Below are positions 37,101 to 45,484 of a stretch of 64,000 nt of DNA, one piece after another (position 1 is the first letter of the stretch; each line of letters starts with the position of its first letter). This stretch comes from Candidatus Roizmanbacteria bacterium RIFCSPLOWO2_01_FULL_40_13. GTDB lineage: Bacteria; Patescibacteriota; Microgenomatia; UBA1406; GWC2-37-13. Below the pieces are notes generated by a model, which ran no database searches, was not told the origin of the DNA, and was given only the letters and a program-made list of their open reading frames with translations. The DNA is taken from NCBI GenBank assembly GCA_001789745.1, contig MGAN01000002.1, positions 7,916-71,915 of the forward strand, read 5' to 3'. The translations under genes were made by a program, and so were the position numbers.

Positions 37101-37148
37101 TTGGCAAAGAAGATCGCATTTGCAGAAAAAACAACTGTCGAGGCGTGA
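34137..37148 (+). CDS. ileS: isoleucyl-tRNA synthetase
   Basis: PMGVHHAWG (HIGH), WTTTPWTLPAN, FHKSAGN (KMSKS-like), Zn knuckles CPRC/CWRC. Start set at ATG 34137, preceded by an extended -10 (TGtTACAAT) 9 nt upstream. Confidence 0.93.
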   Translation: MFRPAEANTDFSKMEKKWLKYWYEKGIVAKYLKKNSKSKKYFSFLDGPITANNPMGVHHAWGRTYKDLWPRFYNLLGYNQRFQNGFDCQGLWVEVEVEKELGLKGKKEIENLVAGDKKKSIAKFVELCKQRVHKYAKIQTEQSKRLGYFADWDNSYYTMSEANNYMIWHFLRVCHENGWIYKGRESVPWCPRCETAISQHEMLTEDYKEVVHESIYFKLPVSKYQLPNNPQFSNKTFQKSYLLVWTTTPWTLPANIAVAVDKKIDYALVETDKGPLWVAKEAVMRALKLKDQKVIKVVKGKELAGLKYEGPFDDLPAVKQAAEESESFHTVVATDQNILPINVTEGTGMVHTAVSAGTEDFKLGKKLGLPMIPVIADNADYLAGLGFLTGKNAKKNPRVILDHLLEKDKKGEHWVYDIHNYKHRYPACWRCKKELVWKVEDEWYVAMDVRPLRTQNSKLKAQSLTLRQRMINVAKKIKWLPEFGLDRELDWLRNMHDWLISKKNRYWGLALPIYECKNCGCFEVIGSKLELKNRAVKGWKEFEGRSPHKPFIDEVEIECKQCGSNVKRIEDVGNPWLDAGIVGYSTVSEDNRGEPLYLQDKKKWSNWFPADFITESFPGQFKNWFYALIAESAVLENTTQFKTVLGFGTMLDEKGKAFHKSAGNAIEFVEGADKFGADIIRWVCGSHNPADNILFGEHKVKEVVRRFYLMLWNVYKFFIEYANLDKFVPKNPQGSGNPEGSENVLDKWILSRFGYLVLFVEKSLREYNAKDAALEIEKFVNDLSTWYIRRSRDRVWVNSDDNIDKQNFYQTLHYILVNLSITLSPFMPFISEEIYTNLTGRESVHLESWPEISKSDISKPVEQQMLLARNAVEAGHAKRKEIKVKVRIPLAKLEVEAEGEFSHLGDMIWELVLAELNVKNITVNRKTEYPKDEVKVREEDLKHEGELRELIRQIQIQRKKLGLNPGDQISLTVPNKFLPDKDLLSKKLLAKKIAFAEKTTVEA
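35475..35529. repeat. 16-nt palindrome (atggacgttcgtccat) plus five heptamers (aactcaa aactcaa aacttaa agctcaa agcttaa) inside ileS
   Basis: Read directly. Encodes MDVRPLRTQNSKLKAQSL. Confidence 0.7.
36326..36358. repeat. REP-like palindrome doublet inside ileS (gaaccctcagggttc cgg gaaccccgagggttc)
   Basis: Two 15-nt palindromes, translated as KNPQGSGNPEGS. Same consensus as the palindromes flanking the RAYT gene. Confidence 0.75.
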
Positions 37149-37174
37149 TTAATCACGTCTCTACATAAGCGAAA

Positions 37175-38209
37175 ATGACGAAGATTATACTGCCGGTATT
37201 TTTTTTAAACCTGCTGGGATTTTTTAACCTTTTTGGCATCGATCAGGCGCTGGCCGTTAAGCAATTTTATTTCATCGTGGCATGTTTTGCCGCATTTTTT
37301 TTAGTTAAGAAAATAGGACGCAATTTTATTACTGCAAATTCCGTATTTTTTTACTGGCTGTCCATAGGCTTTTTAATACTTACATTTTTTATAGGAAAAG
37401 AAATCAGGGGTTCGAAAAGATGGATAGACTTTTATTTTTTTAACTTTCAGGCGTCGGAGATCTTCAAGCCCTTTTTTATCCTTTTTTTGGCAAACTATCT
37501 AATTCGCGATTATCGTCTTGAATTATCACTCAAGACTTTTTTAAAAAGCCTGGGGTTTTTTCTTCTTCCTTTTTTACTGGTATTTAAACAGCCGGATCTA
37601 GGCAATGCCGGAGTTTATTTATTCGTATTTTTAATTCTGATTATGTTTTCAGGTCTGCCCAAGAAATATTTATTCTACATTAGCTTAGCTTTGCTAATCA
37701 TCTTCCCCGTCTTCTGGAATTTGATGAAAGTCTATCAGAGAGACAGGATATTGAGTTTTTTTAATCCTAAGCTTGATCAGCGGGGGACCGCCTATAATAT
37801 GACGCAGGCGATTATAACGGTAGGCTCCGGGAAGCTGCTCGGAAGAGGGCTTGGTTTGGGAACTCAATCGAGATTATATTTTCTGCCGGAGAACCATACG
37901 GATTTTGCTTATTCTTCACTGGTTGAGCAGTTTGGCTTTTTGGGAGGATTGGTGGTAATAGGATTATATATTTTTGTAGTTTATTTGCTTATTAGGCGGT
38001 TATTATATTTTTATTATTCGCGAGAAGCCGATATGAAGAAGAAGTTTCTCTATTCAATCGGATTTATGTCTTATTTCATCTTTCAGATTTTTGTAAATAT
38101 CGGTATGAATGTCGGTTTATTCCCGATTACCGGTATTGCCCTGCCTTTTATCTCATTCGGCGGATCATCGCTGGTTGCCACTATGGTAAGCATGGCACTT
38201 TTACCCTGA
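37175..38209 (+). CDS. rodA: SEDS family protein RodA/FtsW paralog
   Basis: KRWIDFYFFNFQASE, PENHTDFA, LPFISFGGSS. Confidence 0.82.
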   Translation: MTKIILPVFFLNLLGFFNLFGIDQALAVKQFYFIVACFAAFFLVKKIGRNFITANSVFFYWLSIGFLILTFFIGKEIRGSKRWIDFYFFNFQASEIFKPFFILFLANYLIRDYRLELSLKTFLKSLGFFLLPFLLVFKQPDLGNAGVYLFVFLILIMFSGLPKKYLFYISLALLIIFPVFWNLMKVYQRDRILSFFNPKLDQRGTAYNMTQAIITVGSGKLLGRGLGLGTQSRLYFLPENHTDFAYSSLVEQFGFLGGLVVIGLYIFVVYLLIRRLLYFYYSREADMKKKFLYSIGFMSYFIFQIFVNIGMNVGLFPITGIALPFISFGGSSLVATMVSMALLP

Positions 38210-38227
38210 TGGTGTTATAATAAACGG

Positions 38228-38539
38228 ATGGCGAAACTGGCGGTTATCAAAACAGGCGGTAAACAATATCTGGTTAAGGAGAACGACGAGATAATAGTGG
38301 AGAAGATCGAGTCAAACGGCAAAAAAACCGTCGAGTTGGACAAGTTGGCGGAATTTGACGAGGAGAAGATAAATCTCAAATTAGGAACTCCACTATTAAA
38401 AGAAAAAATAAAGGCCGAAATTCTTGAGCAATTGAAGGGAGACAAGTTAAGAGTAGCCAGATTCAAGGCGAAGGTCAGGTATAGGAAGGTGAAAGGATTC
38501 CGGGCAAGACTAACGAAAATAAAGATCACAAAAATATAA
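38228..38539 (+). CDS. rplU: 50S ribosomal protein L21
   Basis: AVIKTGGKQYLVKEND.... Extended -10 TGtTATAAT (38213-38221) lies 6 nt upstream of the ATG. Confidence 0.92.
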   Translation: MAKLAVIKTGGKQYLVKENDEIIVEKIESNGKKTVELDKLAEFDEEKINLKLGTPLLKEKIKAEILEQLKGDKLRVARFKAKVRYRKVKGFRARLTKIKITKI

Positions 38540-38670
38540 TGCGAATGCCATAAGTCTTTATGCAGATGACACGAATATGCTGATACAGACCTTATAAGCC
38601 GAATTAGTATATTCGTCACATTCGTATTCATTAGCAGATTCGTCTCGAGTTAAAAATTGTAAATTTTTAA

Positions 38671-38916
38671 ATGGCTCACACTAAAGCACAGAAGGCAGTA
38701 TCCGGTAATAGAGACTCAAAGGGTAGAAGACTGGGCGTCAAGGTCTACGGCGGGCAGGAGGTAAAACCCGGATACGTCATAATCCGCCAAAGAGGCACTA
38801 GAGTTAACGCCGGTCCCGGTACTTTATTGGGGCGCGATTTTACTATTACTGCTTTGAAAAAAGGCATCGTGAAATTCGGGCAGAAAAAAGGTGAAAAGTA
38901 TGTCTGCGTTGCCTGA
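38671..38916 (+). CDS. rpmA: 50S ribosomal protein L27
   Basis: MAHTKAQKAVSGNRDSKGRRLGVKVYGGQ...RQRGTRVNAGPG. Confidence 0.95.
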   Translation: MAHTKAQKAVSGNRDSKGRRLGVKVYGGQEVKPGYVIIRQRGTRVNAGPGTLLGRDFTITALKKGIVKFGQKKGEKYVCVA

Positions 38917-39454
38917 AGTTGACCGATTGGCGGATGAGATAAAAGGCGAAACCGACATCGTCAAAAAAGTAAAGTTACTAGAGCGTTTAGTAAGTTATGA
39001 CAATATAAAACTAAAAGAGATAGCCGGCAGGCTGGGAGTAAAATCGTCTTATATCTGCCATCTGCTTCGCTTAAGACGTATACCCGAAGCGGTGATCGAC
39101 GGATATTATGCAAAAAATATTTCCTTGAGCCACCTGTTTATTATTTCCCGCTTAAAAGACGAAGACAAGATTTTAAAAGCGTATGAGCGGGTATTGATTG
39201 AATCTCTATCGGTAAAAAAGACAGAAGAGCTCGTGAGAGACATACTTTACGGAATAAAAACCCAAGGCGATTATCTGACGCCGGAGGAAAAAGCCGGCTT
39301 TATTTCCAGAATCAAAAATCTGAAAAAAAATATAGATCTAAACATCATTCAAACCAGAATTAAAAGCAAGGTGGTCGTGGAGTTCAAAGGCAATCTAGAA
39401 TATACCAGCAAGCGTCTGCGCGGATTCTTGAGACTTTTTGAGTCGTGGAAATAG
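38900..39454 (+). CDS. ParB-like HTH domain protein lacking the N-terminal ParB nuclease-like domain
   Basis: IAGRLGVKSSYICHLLRLRRIPEAVID resembles the ParB/Spo0J HTH. Overlaps the rpmA stop. Confidence 0.55.
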   Translation: MSALPEVDRLADEIKGETDIVKKVKLLERLVSYDNIKLKEIAGRLGVKSSYICHLLRLRRIPEAVIDGYYAKNISLSHLFIISRLKDEDKILKAYERVLIESLSVKKTEELVRDILYGIKTQGDYLTPEEKAGFISRIKNLKKNIDLNIIQTRIKSKVVVEFKGNLEYTSKRLRGFLRLFESWK

Positions 39455-40027
39455 GAGCGATTGTAAGGATTGGAGTAGAGGATTCTTGATTACGCCGATT
39501 TTATCGGTGGGAAAGTAGCGATAGAAGACTTCGCCTACAATATCTTGAATAGGTATCGGGCCAAACTCACGGGAATCTGATGATCTGGGACGATTGTCAC
39601 CCATAACAAATAACATATTAACCGGTACGGTAATGGGAATGTTTTCCTGCAGGTAACCTCCCTCCCAAAGGTTGGTTTTTTCACTGATGTAATTTTCAAG
39701 CAATAGTTGACCGTTGACGTAGAGTTCGCCTTCTCTTACTTCGACCGAATCTCCGGGTAGACCGATGATTCTTTTGATGTAGTCTATATCAGGATTTTTT
39801 GGCGATTGGAATACAATTACATCGCCGCGGTGGGGATTGCGAAATTTATAGGTGATCTTGCTGGTCAATATGTACTCACCGGAGTAGAAAGTAGGCTCCA
39901 TGGAAGCTCCTCTTACTTGATTTGGTCCTACCAAAAAAAGATAAGTGACGATAAAAAGCGAACCGATAAAGACTATAGTCTCCAGGATATCCATGACGAA
40001 ATCGATGATTCCTTTGACAATGCCCAT
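39395..40027 (-). CDS. lepB: signal peptidase I
   Basis: GASMEPTF (catalytic Ser), YIKRIIGLPGD (Lys box), GDNRPRSSDSR. TTGTTT-N17-TACAAT-N8-ATG promoter. Confidence 0.9.
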   Translation of the reverse strand: MGIVKGIIDFVMDILETIVFIGSLFIVTYLFLVGPNQVRGASMEPTFYSGEYILTSKITYKFRNPHRGDVIVFQSPKNPDIDYIKRIIGLPGDSVEVREGELYVNGQLLLENYISEKTNLWEGGYLQENIPITVPVNMLFVMGDNRPRSSDSREFGPIPIQDIVGEVFYRYFPTDKIGVIKNPLLQSLQSLLFPRLKKSQESAQTLAGIF

Positions 40028-40094
40028 AAGAGATCATTGTAATAAAGATGAAATTCAAAAACAAGAGTTATCTTGCGATGATATAATAAAATCA

Positions 40095-40169
40095 GGATCT
40101 GTAGCTCAGAGGCAGAGCGCTGCATTCACATTGCAGAAGTCAGAGGTTCAAATCCTCTCAGATCCACCA
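40095..40169 (+). tRNA. tRNA-Val (anticodon CAC), CCA encoded
   Basis: Perfect cloverleaf by hand: acceptor ggatctg/cagatcc, anticodon arm ctgca-ttCACat-tgcag, T arm agagg-ttcaaat-cctct. Confidence 0.9.
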
Positions 40170-40211
40170 AATATTGGGGAAAAACTATTTGGGTTACCCA
40201 CAATTTTTTTA

Positions 40212-40790
40212 TCAAACCTCTTTTATCATTATTCTTCTGGTTTTATAATCCAGGCTAAGGAATCGTTTTAATGGTTTATTATCCGTATAACCATGCTCAT
40301 CCATTAATTGACTTGTCCACTCTATTTTTTTATGAGGATTACTACTGCGATGAGACGTATCTTCGCCGTAGACAAAGACTCTGTCAAATTTGGTTTTAGT
40401 ACCGGAAAGGGAAATATACCTAGCTATCATAATTTGACCTAATTCAAACATAGCGCTACCGATACCGCTTCCTTCACCAACATAAGTAGTAATGGAAAAA
40501 TTAAATAATCCCATATTTGAGTGATCAAAAGGCCCAAGTAATTCGTATCCGGCAATCATTAAGCCATCATCAGTCAAATCCAATATTGAAGTCAGCGGGG
40601 TCGCCTGTAACCAAATATTAAGCGTAGGATAAATTATTCGACCGTTTGTAAGCGTAATTTGACCTACTTGAATGTGATCCGGGTAATTTAAGTCCGCAGA
40701 TTGTATCAGTCTAGGACCAACCGAAACAAGTTTTCGATAATTTGCCCATTTTAGTTCTCGATTTATTCCCGCTTCAAGTGTTGCTGGCAT
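40212..40790 (-). CDS. hypothetical protein, possibly GNAT-fold
   Basis: 192-aa ORF bracketed by the two tRNA-Val genes. VGEGSGIGSAMFELGQ weakly resembles GNAT motif A; nothing else recognised. Confidence 0.45.
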   Translation of the reverse strand: MPATLEAGINRELKWANYRKLVSVGPRLIQSADLNYPDHIQVGQITLTNGRIIYPTLNIWLQATPLTSILDLTDDGLMIAGYELLGPFDHSNMGLFNFSITTYVGEGSGIGSAMFELGQIMIARYISLSGTKTKFDRVFVYGEDTSHRSSNPHKKIEWTSQLMDEHGYTDNKPLKRFLSLDYKTRRIMIKEV

Positions 40791-41090
40791 ACGATTTGGA
40801 TTGTTTTAACAAGTCATATTATATATTATTTTTAATAAAATTAAGGATTTTGGATTGAACGTAGATTGCGTTTTCAGTTTACGGAGTAGTAATTACCTCT
40901 TTAAGCGTAGATTGCAAAAATGAAAAAGAATAATTACGGAATGACTTCGTTTTTTGACGGAATAGACTATAAAGTCTCTGTTTGAGTAAACTTGGGATAT
41001 AATTCCCACGTTCATTCGAGCGAGCCCGCCAAAGGCGGGAGAGTCGGAGGATATCAGAAGTGAATTAATTACCCACTTTCAATTAATTAA

Positions 41091-41162
41091 GAGTTCGTAG
41101 CTCAGCGGTAGAGCGTTTGGTTCACATCTGAAAGGTCGATGGTTCAAATCCATCCAGACTCA
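41091..41162 (+). tRNA. second, degenerate tRNA-Val(CAC)-like gene, no encoded CCA
   Basis: Cloverleaf folds with a C6:A67 mismatch and G:U pairs in the acceptor and anticodon stems. Anticodon loop ttCACat. Backbone differs from the 40095 copy. Confidence 0.6.
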
Positions 41163-41197
41163 CAAAAAGTTCCGATAGGCGAGTTGAAGAGTTAGAA

Positions 41198-41947
41198 TCA
41201 GATCATTTCTGCTTTAAGATAGGGAAAGATATAGTTGAGAACTGAAGCCGGATCTAGTTTTTGTTGGTTTGCTAATTGTTGTAAAGTTTCATACAGTTTG
41301 GCAAAATCTAAAGTGTGAAGTTTAACCCCATAGATAATATTAGTTAGCTGGTTTACTATATTAGGAGATATATATTTACCAATAACTACTTCAAAAAAAT
41401 CACTGTTCTTATTTGAAGACAATCTATATATATTTGGCCAAGTGCCTCGCCATATACCATCCGGAACTGCGTTTGTATCGGTAAAAGCATCGGGATGTAT
41501 AAAATATCCCTCAGGATTAGACAATAAGAATGGATTAATATATAAACCAGACCCTAAAAAGTAAATGTTAGGGAGTTCAGGTGGGGATAGAGGATTGAGC
41601 GATTTCCATCCTTCTACAAATGTCGTACGGGTTGCGCGTTCGACTAAGCTAATTAAAGATTTATCAATATGCGCCCCTCCCAGATAAATATGAATGTCAG
41701 TGGCTGAGGATGGATCTGAATTTTGCTCACCATGACGATGTCTCCAAATTTTCATGTTGCAGGTTATCGGGCTCAGACTTGGTAAGTAATCTTCTCCACT
41801 TAAGTTTTGAACGGCTACATTTTTAGCAGGACGACCTGATGATCTGTCCCATGCTGGTGTCAAGGTCATGGGTCTGGACGTATCTAAAAACAATTTCAGA
41901 CCTGAAATTTCAGGATAGTTAAAACAATCTGCTTCGGATAAAGGCAT
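41198..41947 (-). CDS. hypothetical protein (orphan)
   Basis: 249-aa ORF with no motif I recognise and no TM or signal peptide evident. Confidence 0.5.
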   Translation of the reverse strand: MPLSEADCFNYPEISGLKLFLDTSRPMTLTPAWDRSSGRPAKNVAVQNLSGEDYLPSLSPITCNMKIWRHRHGEQNSDPSSATDIHIYLGGAHIDKSLISLVERATRTTFVEGWKSLNPLSPPELPNIYFLGSGLYINPFLLSNPEGYFIHPDAFTDTNAVPDGIWRGTWPNIYRLSSNKNSDFFEVVIGKYISPNIVNQLTNIIYGVKLHTLDFAKLYETLQQLANQQKLDPASVLNYIFPYLKAEMI

Positions 41948-42036
41948 GATATATTATAATACATGATTAATTATATTTGGGCTGTCAATACAAGAAAATA
42001 CATCTTCACAGAAGTAAGGAAAATATCCAATTTTAG

Positions 42037-42231
42037 TTAAATAATGTCTTTCTTCACAGGATTAGATAAGAAATAAAGTTGGAAGTTAATCTGCTCTGGG
42101 GGAGAGATGAAGTCGCAGGTTATCAAGAGAAAATTATCTTTATTTGCGGATCTTGAAATTAACTCAAAAAAAAGTTGATAAAGCCTTCTTAATTTTTCTT
42201 TATCTAAATAATATTTCGATAAGTGAACCAT
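42037..42231 (-). pseudogene. truncated TrpR/YerC-YecD-like fragment
   Basis: SKYYLDKEKLRRLYQLFFELISRSANKDNFLLITCDFISPPEQI resembles the N-terminal half of YerC-like proteins. The HTH half is missing. Lies next to a MITE copy. Confidence 0.3.
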
Positions 42232-42355
42232 AGTAGTTGCAAGTCCAATCGTTTAATCGATTGGATTTTGGTTTTGCTAGTTTTATAGACATTGAGTTTT
42301 TTAATCCTTTCATTTATATTGGGTTTAATTCCTCGCTCAGCTCTGCTGACGGATA

Positions 42356-42508
42356 CTATAGCGATCGCAAAACGAAATGTCAGATGGTATTTTTGTGTCA
42401 TGCTGAATTTATTTCACCGCGTCTGACGCGGTTTCAGCATCTTATCAATCAGATCCCAAACCAAGTTCAGGATGACAAATACGACATTTTGTTTTGCGCT
42501 AACTATAT
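42356..42508 (-). mobile_element. MITE-like element family C, copy 2
   Basis: The reverse complement aligns almost base for base with 56401-56531, apart from a longer central hairpin (gctgaa...ttcagc). Terminal inverted repeats ctatagcgatcgcaaaacgaaatg / cattttgttttgcgctaactata. Confidence 0.75.
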
Positions 42509-42702
42509 ATACTTTCTAGCGCTCCCCACCGTTATAGACGGGATGAATTCTACCAACGGTATACATTATCATCCTGAGTGATTAGCGAAGGATACCACGC
42601 CCGCCTACCGGCAAGGCAGGAATGCCAGTCTCTCAATTGAATTGAGAGATTCTTCCCCCTTCGGCTTCGCTCAAGGGTCAGAATGACAGTGTGAAACTCT
42701 TG

Positions 42703-45429
42703 TTAGTATTTTGTTTGTTTAATTAAATTATTTAGCTTTTCGGCGGAGAGGAGGGTGATTTCGGCGAGTGGGAGGCCGGATTCGTCAAGAGCCTCTCTCG
42801 CTTTCTCCAGTTTTTCCTGCATCTGGAGTAGTATGAGGGCTTTTTCTTCAATGTCCACTCCTTTATTTTTTAGATCAAGCAGATAAACTGCACCGGCGTT
42901 AAAAGACCTGTCTAATGAACTTAATTTTTTTTGCAAGACGGATTTATGGGGAGAATATTTTTGAAAGAGGGAGAGATTTTCATAAAGAGACTCTAATAAA
43001 TCAAGAGTCTCAAATGTATCGTAGCGGCAAGTACGGGATGAACCGGTGAATAAATTAATAAAATCCGCGTGATCTTTAAACAAAGAAAATCTGGTTAAGT
43101 TACTAAAATTATCGAGATTATTTTCAAATCTGCCTTTGATAAGATCGATTGAAGAAGATATATGCGGCTCAACGCTGCAGTCTTCTTTTAGATATTTGAG
43201 TTTATGCAGCAAAAGCCTGATCAGCGAATGAATATTTCCGTAATCCACCGGATAAGTTTTCAGATTATCAGGGTCGAAGGAGATGGTGAAAGTCTCGATT
43301 TGCAACAGCGGCAGGAATTTGTTAATATCGCCGTAGATTTTAAACCACTTATCCTGCTTGTATCCAACCTGCCCGACAATTACGGTATACCTTCCGCCGG
43401 GACGTCTGCCTTTTACTTTTAGCCGGTAGTTGCCCTTTTTGGCATTTTCAATAAATACAAGACCATCAGTTTCTTCATAAACCTGACCCTGAAATTCAAC
43501 CAGAATCGTCGCCGGCGAAAGAATGGCAAAAATCATAGACGGCGTGATTTTAGTTGGGCCGCCTTCGACTATCTGATTTGGAGAATAAGCAATATTGAGC
43601 TCAGAAAGAATCGCGCCGATCGCTGGTGTTTTATAGATAATTTCGCTGTGATCAAAAGGAAAGGAGACTTGATTATTACCGGAAAGCGCGCTGGTTTTAA
43701 GTACCGTAGAATCGCCCAGATTATATAATTTTTTAACGGGTCTGCCGTCGGGGTAGTTGTTAAAAAGATGGTCAAGGATAGTTCTTTTGCGTACCTTGAA
43801 ACCAAAAAGAGTTTTATTGCTTTTGTCTCCGGCAATCGTCGCCAGTTGGGGAAAAATTTGGGGAAAGGTAGTTGAAAAATTCAGGAGCGTATTATTTTTT
43901 ATTTGCATATCTTGGATATTGACTTCATTACCCAGGTTGTCGAATAAAAAATTGTAAATCGGCAAGAGGTCTTTTGTTATAGGAAAGACTGAATTTATCG
44001 TCTTTTTATCTGACATTGATTTGTTCTTATTTATCATCAGGAGAAGTTTTTGCATCAGCCAGGCAAGGGTATTGTCTCTGTCTAAATCACCCGCTTCAAC
44101 CAGTTTGTAGACATATGCCGCACCTTGATGCGGTGAGCCGGAAGTAATAATTTTATTTATATTGTCGGGCGGGAATCTTTGCCGATAGATTCTGGCAATC
44201 AGTCCGCCCAAAGAGTGACCGACCATATCCAATTCAGACCCGTTCAAGTTATTTTCAGACAGGTAAAGCTGCAGGCTGTCGGTTATTTGAATAAGATCCT
44301 TTCTCCAGTCGTAGGCAAAAATATAAAAGTCATCCTTTTCCGCATAATTTAAATTTTCCAATGATCTGATAATCCCGTCGTATTCCTTAACAAAGGGGAG
44401 CAGATTCCAGTCGTTTACGCCTACTTGTTGATTGTGGAGCATCGCCTCTTTGTTCCAGGAAGCAAGCAGACCGGGAATGATTATTATTTTATTTTTTGTC
44501 GGTGTGGGTGTCGGTGTAGGCAATGAAATAGGCGTAGGAGTCGGTGAGATTTGATTATCCGAAGTTGCTAAAAAAATCCGCCATCCGCCGGGAGTCGAGC
44601 CTGAATAATAGAGATAGAGCAATCCTTCCCTGTCGATAATCGAGGGACCGACATTAGGATAGGCTCCAACCGTTTGAAAATTGGACCAGGTCATACCACA
44701 GGCCAAATTTTCGCTGGATTCTGCCTGACTTATTCCGGTTGAGGACTGAAAATAGAGATATTTTTTTCCGTCTTTGATCAAAAGAGCAGGATCATTGCTG
44801 GATTGACCGATCACCGGGTTATTGGCGCATCTTTCCCAACTTATGCCGTCGTTGGAAGTTGCCATGCAGATTCTAAATCCCTGACTGCCGTTGCAGAGAT
44901 AAAAAAGAAAGTAAGTATTATTCTCCGTGATGACAAAGGGAGCAGAGAGAATGTTTTGTTCCAGAGGACCAGTCGGTTGCAAGACCAGCTGTCTTGAATT
45001 TATATCAAAGCCGACACCGTCAGCCGAGTCAATTTTGTAGATCTTGAAGTTTTGTGAACCAACGTTGGTTGAAGCGACAAAGTACATGGAATAACCGCCT
45101 GAAGTTTTCAATACAAAGGGGTCATGATTATCAAATCCGGGATAAAGATCCAAGAGGCTTTGTCTTGTCCAGCTGATACCGTCGTTTGAAGTTGCAGAGA
45201 CCAGCTTAAAAGCCGAACCGGAATAGCTCGCGTACCACATCCTAAAGACACCATTTTCATAGATGACTGTCGGTTGATATTGGCCGATTTCGGTCCAATT
45301 AGGAAGGGAGTTGCTGAAGGGTAGCGGATTCTGAGGGGAATTCAGAAAAGGCGCGAAAGCATGGCTTGGTCGGACAAGGAATAAAGCAGATATAAAAAGC
45401 AAAAGCAGGATTAATTTTTTGAGCATCAC
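42703..45429 (-). CDS. secreted multidomain protein: five-bladed beta-propeller glycosidase-like domain, PT linker, LCAT/PGAP1-like alpha/beta-hydrolase lipase, C-terminal beta-sandwich and helical region
   Basis: Signal peptide MMLKKLILLLLFISALFLVRPSHA. Repeated blades (ATSNDGISW twice). PTPTP linker at 44497-44547. YDWRKD, GHSLGG, GDSTV and DHSEI (Ser-Asp-His triad). Confidence 0.7.
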   Translation of the reverse strand: MMLKKLILLLLFISALFLVRPSHAFAPFLNSPQNPLPFSNSLPNWTEIGQYQPTVIYENGVFRMWYASYSGSAFKLVSATSNDGISWTRQSLLDLYPGFDNHDPFVLKTSGGYSMYFVASTNVGSQNFKIYKIDSADGVGFDINSRQLVLQPTGPLEQNILSAPFVITENNTYFLFYLCNGSQGFRICMATSNDGISWERCANNPVIGQSSNDPALLIKDGKKYLYFQSSTGISQAESSENLACGMTWSNFQTVGAYPNVGPSIIDREGLLYLYYSGSTPGGWRIFLATSDNQISPTPTPISLPTPTPTPTKNKIIIIPGLLASWNKEAMLHNQQVGVNDWNLLPFVKEYDGIIRSLENLNYAEKDDFYIFAYDWRKDLIQITDSLQLYLSENNLNGSELDMVGHSLGGLIARIYRQRFPPDNINKIITSGSPHQGAAYVYKLVEAGDLDRDNTLAWLMQKLLLMINKNKSMSDKKTINSVFPITKDLLPIYNFLFDNLGNEVNIQDMQIKNNTLLNFSTTFPQIFPQLATIAGDKSNKTLFGFKVRKRTILDHLFNNYPDGRPVKKLYNLGDSTVLKTSALSGNNQVSFPFDHSEIIYKTPAIGAILSELNIAYSPNQIVEGGPTKITPSMIFAILSPATILVEFQGQVYEETDGLVFIENAKKGNYRLKVKGRRPGGRYTVIVGQVGYKQDKWFKIYGDINKFLPLLQIETFTISFDPDNLKTYPVDYGNIHSLIRLLLHKLKYLKEDCSVEPHISSSIDLIKGRFENNLDNFSNLTRFSLFKDHADFINLFTGSSRTCRYDTFETLDLLESLYENLSLFQKYSPHKSVLQKKLSSLDRSFNAGAVYLLDLKNKGVDIEEKALILLQMQEKLEKAREALDESGLPLAEITLLSAEKLNNLIKQTKY

Positions 45430-45484
45430 TGAACTTGTAACGGGAAGTTAAAAAAAGGTCAATGGATTATATGCTACAAAAGAG

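Noticed and set aside
39395-39454. 60-nt convergent overlap of the ParB-like ORF and lepB, considered as a possible antisense regulatory arrangement.
   Set aside because: It is equally explained by slightly over-long ORF ends. There is no structural signal in the overlap.
42361-42368. GCGATCGC (the cyanobacterial HIP1 word) at 42361, 46540, 51503 and 56520.
   Set aside because: Two of the four are simply the MITE terminal repeats and one is the fused-end palindrome. That is too few to argue for HIP1-like over-representation.
42204-42581. ORFs 42237-42581 (+) and 42204-42401 (-).
   Set aside because: Both are built on the family C MITE and its flanks. The same sequence is non-coding at 56401-56531.
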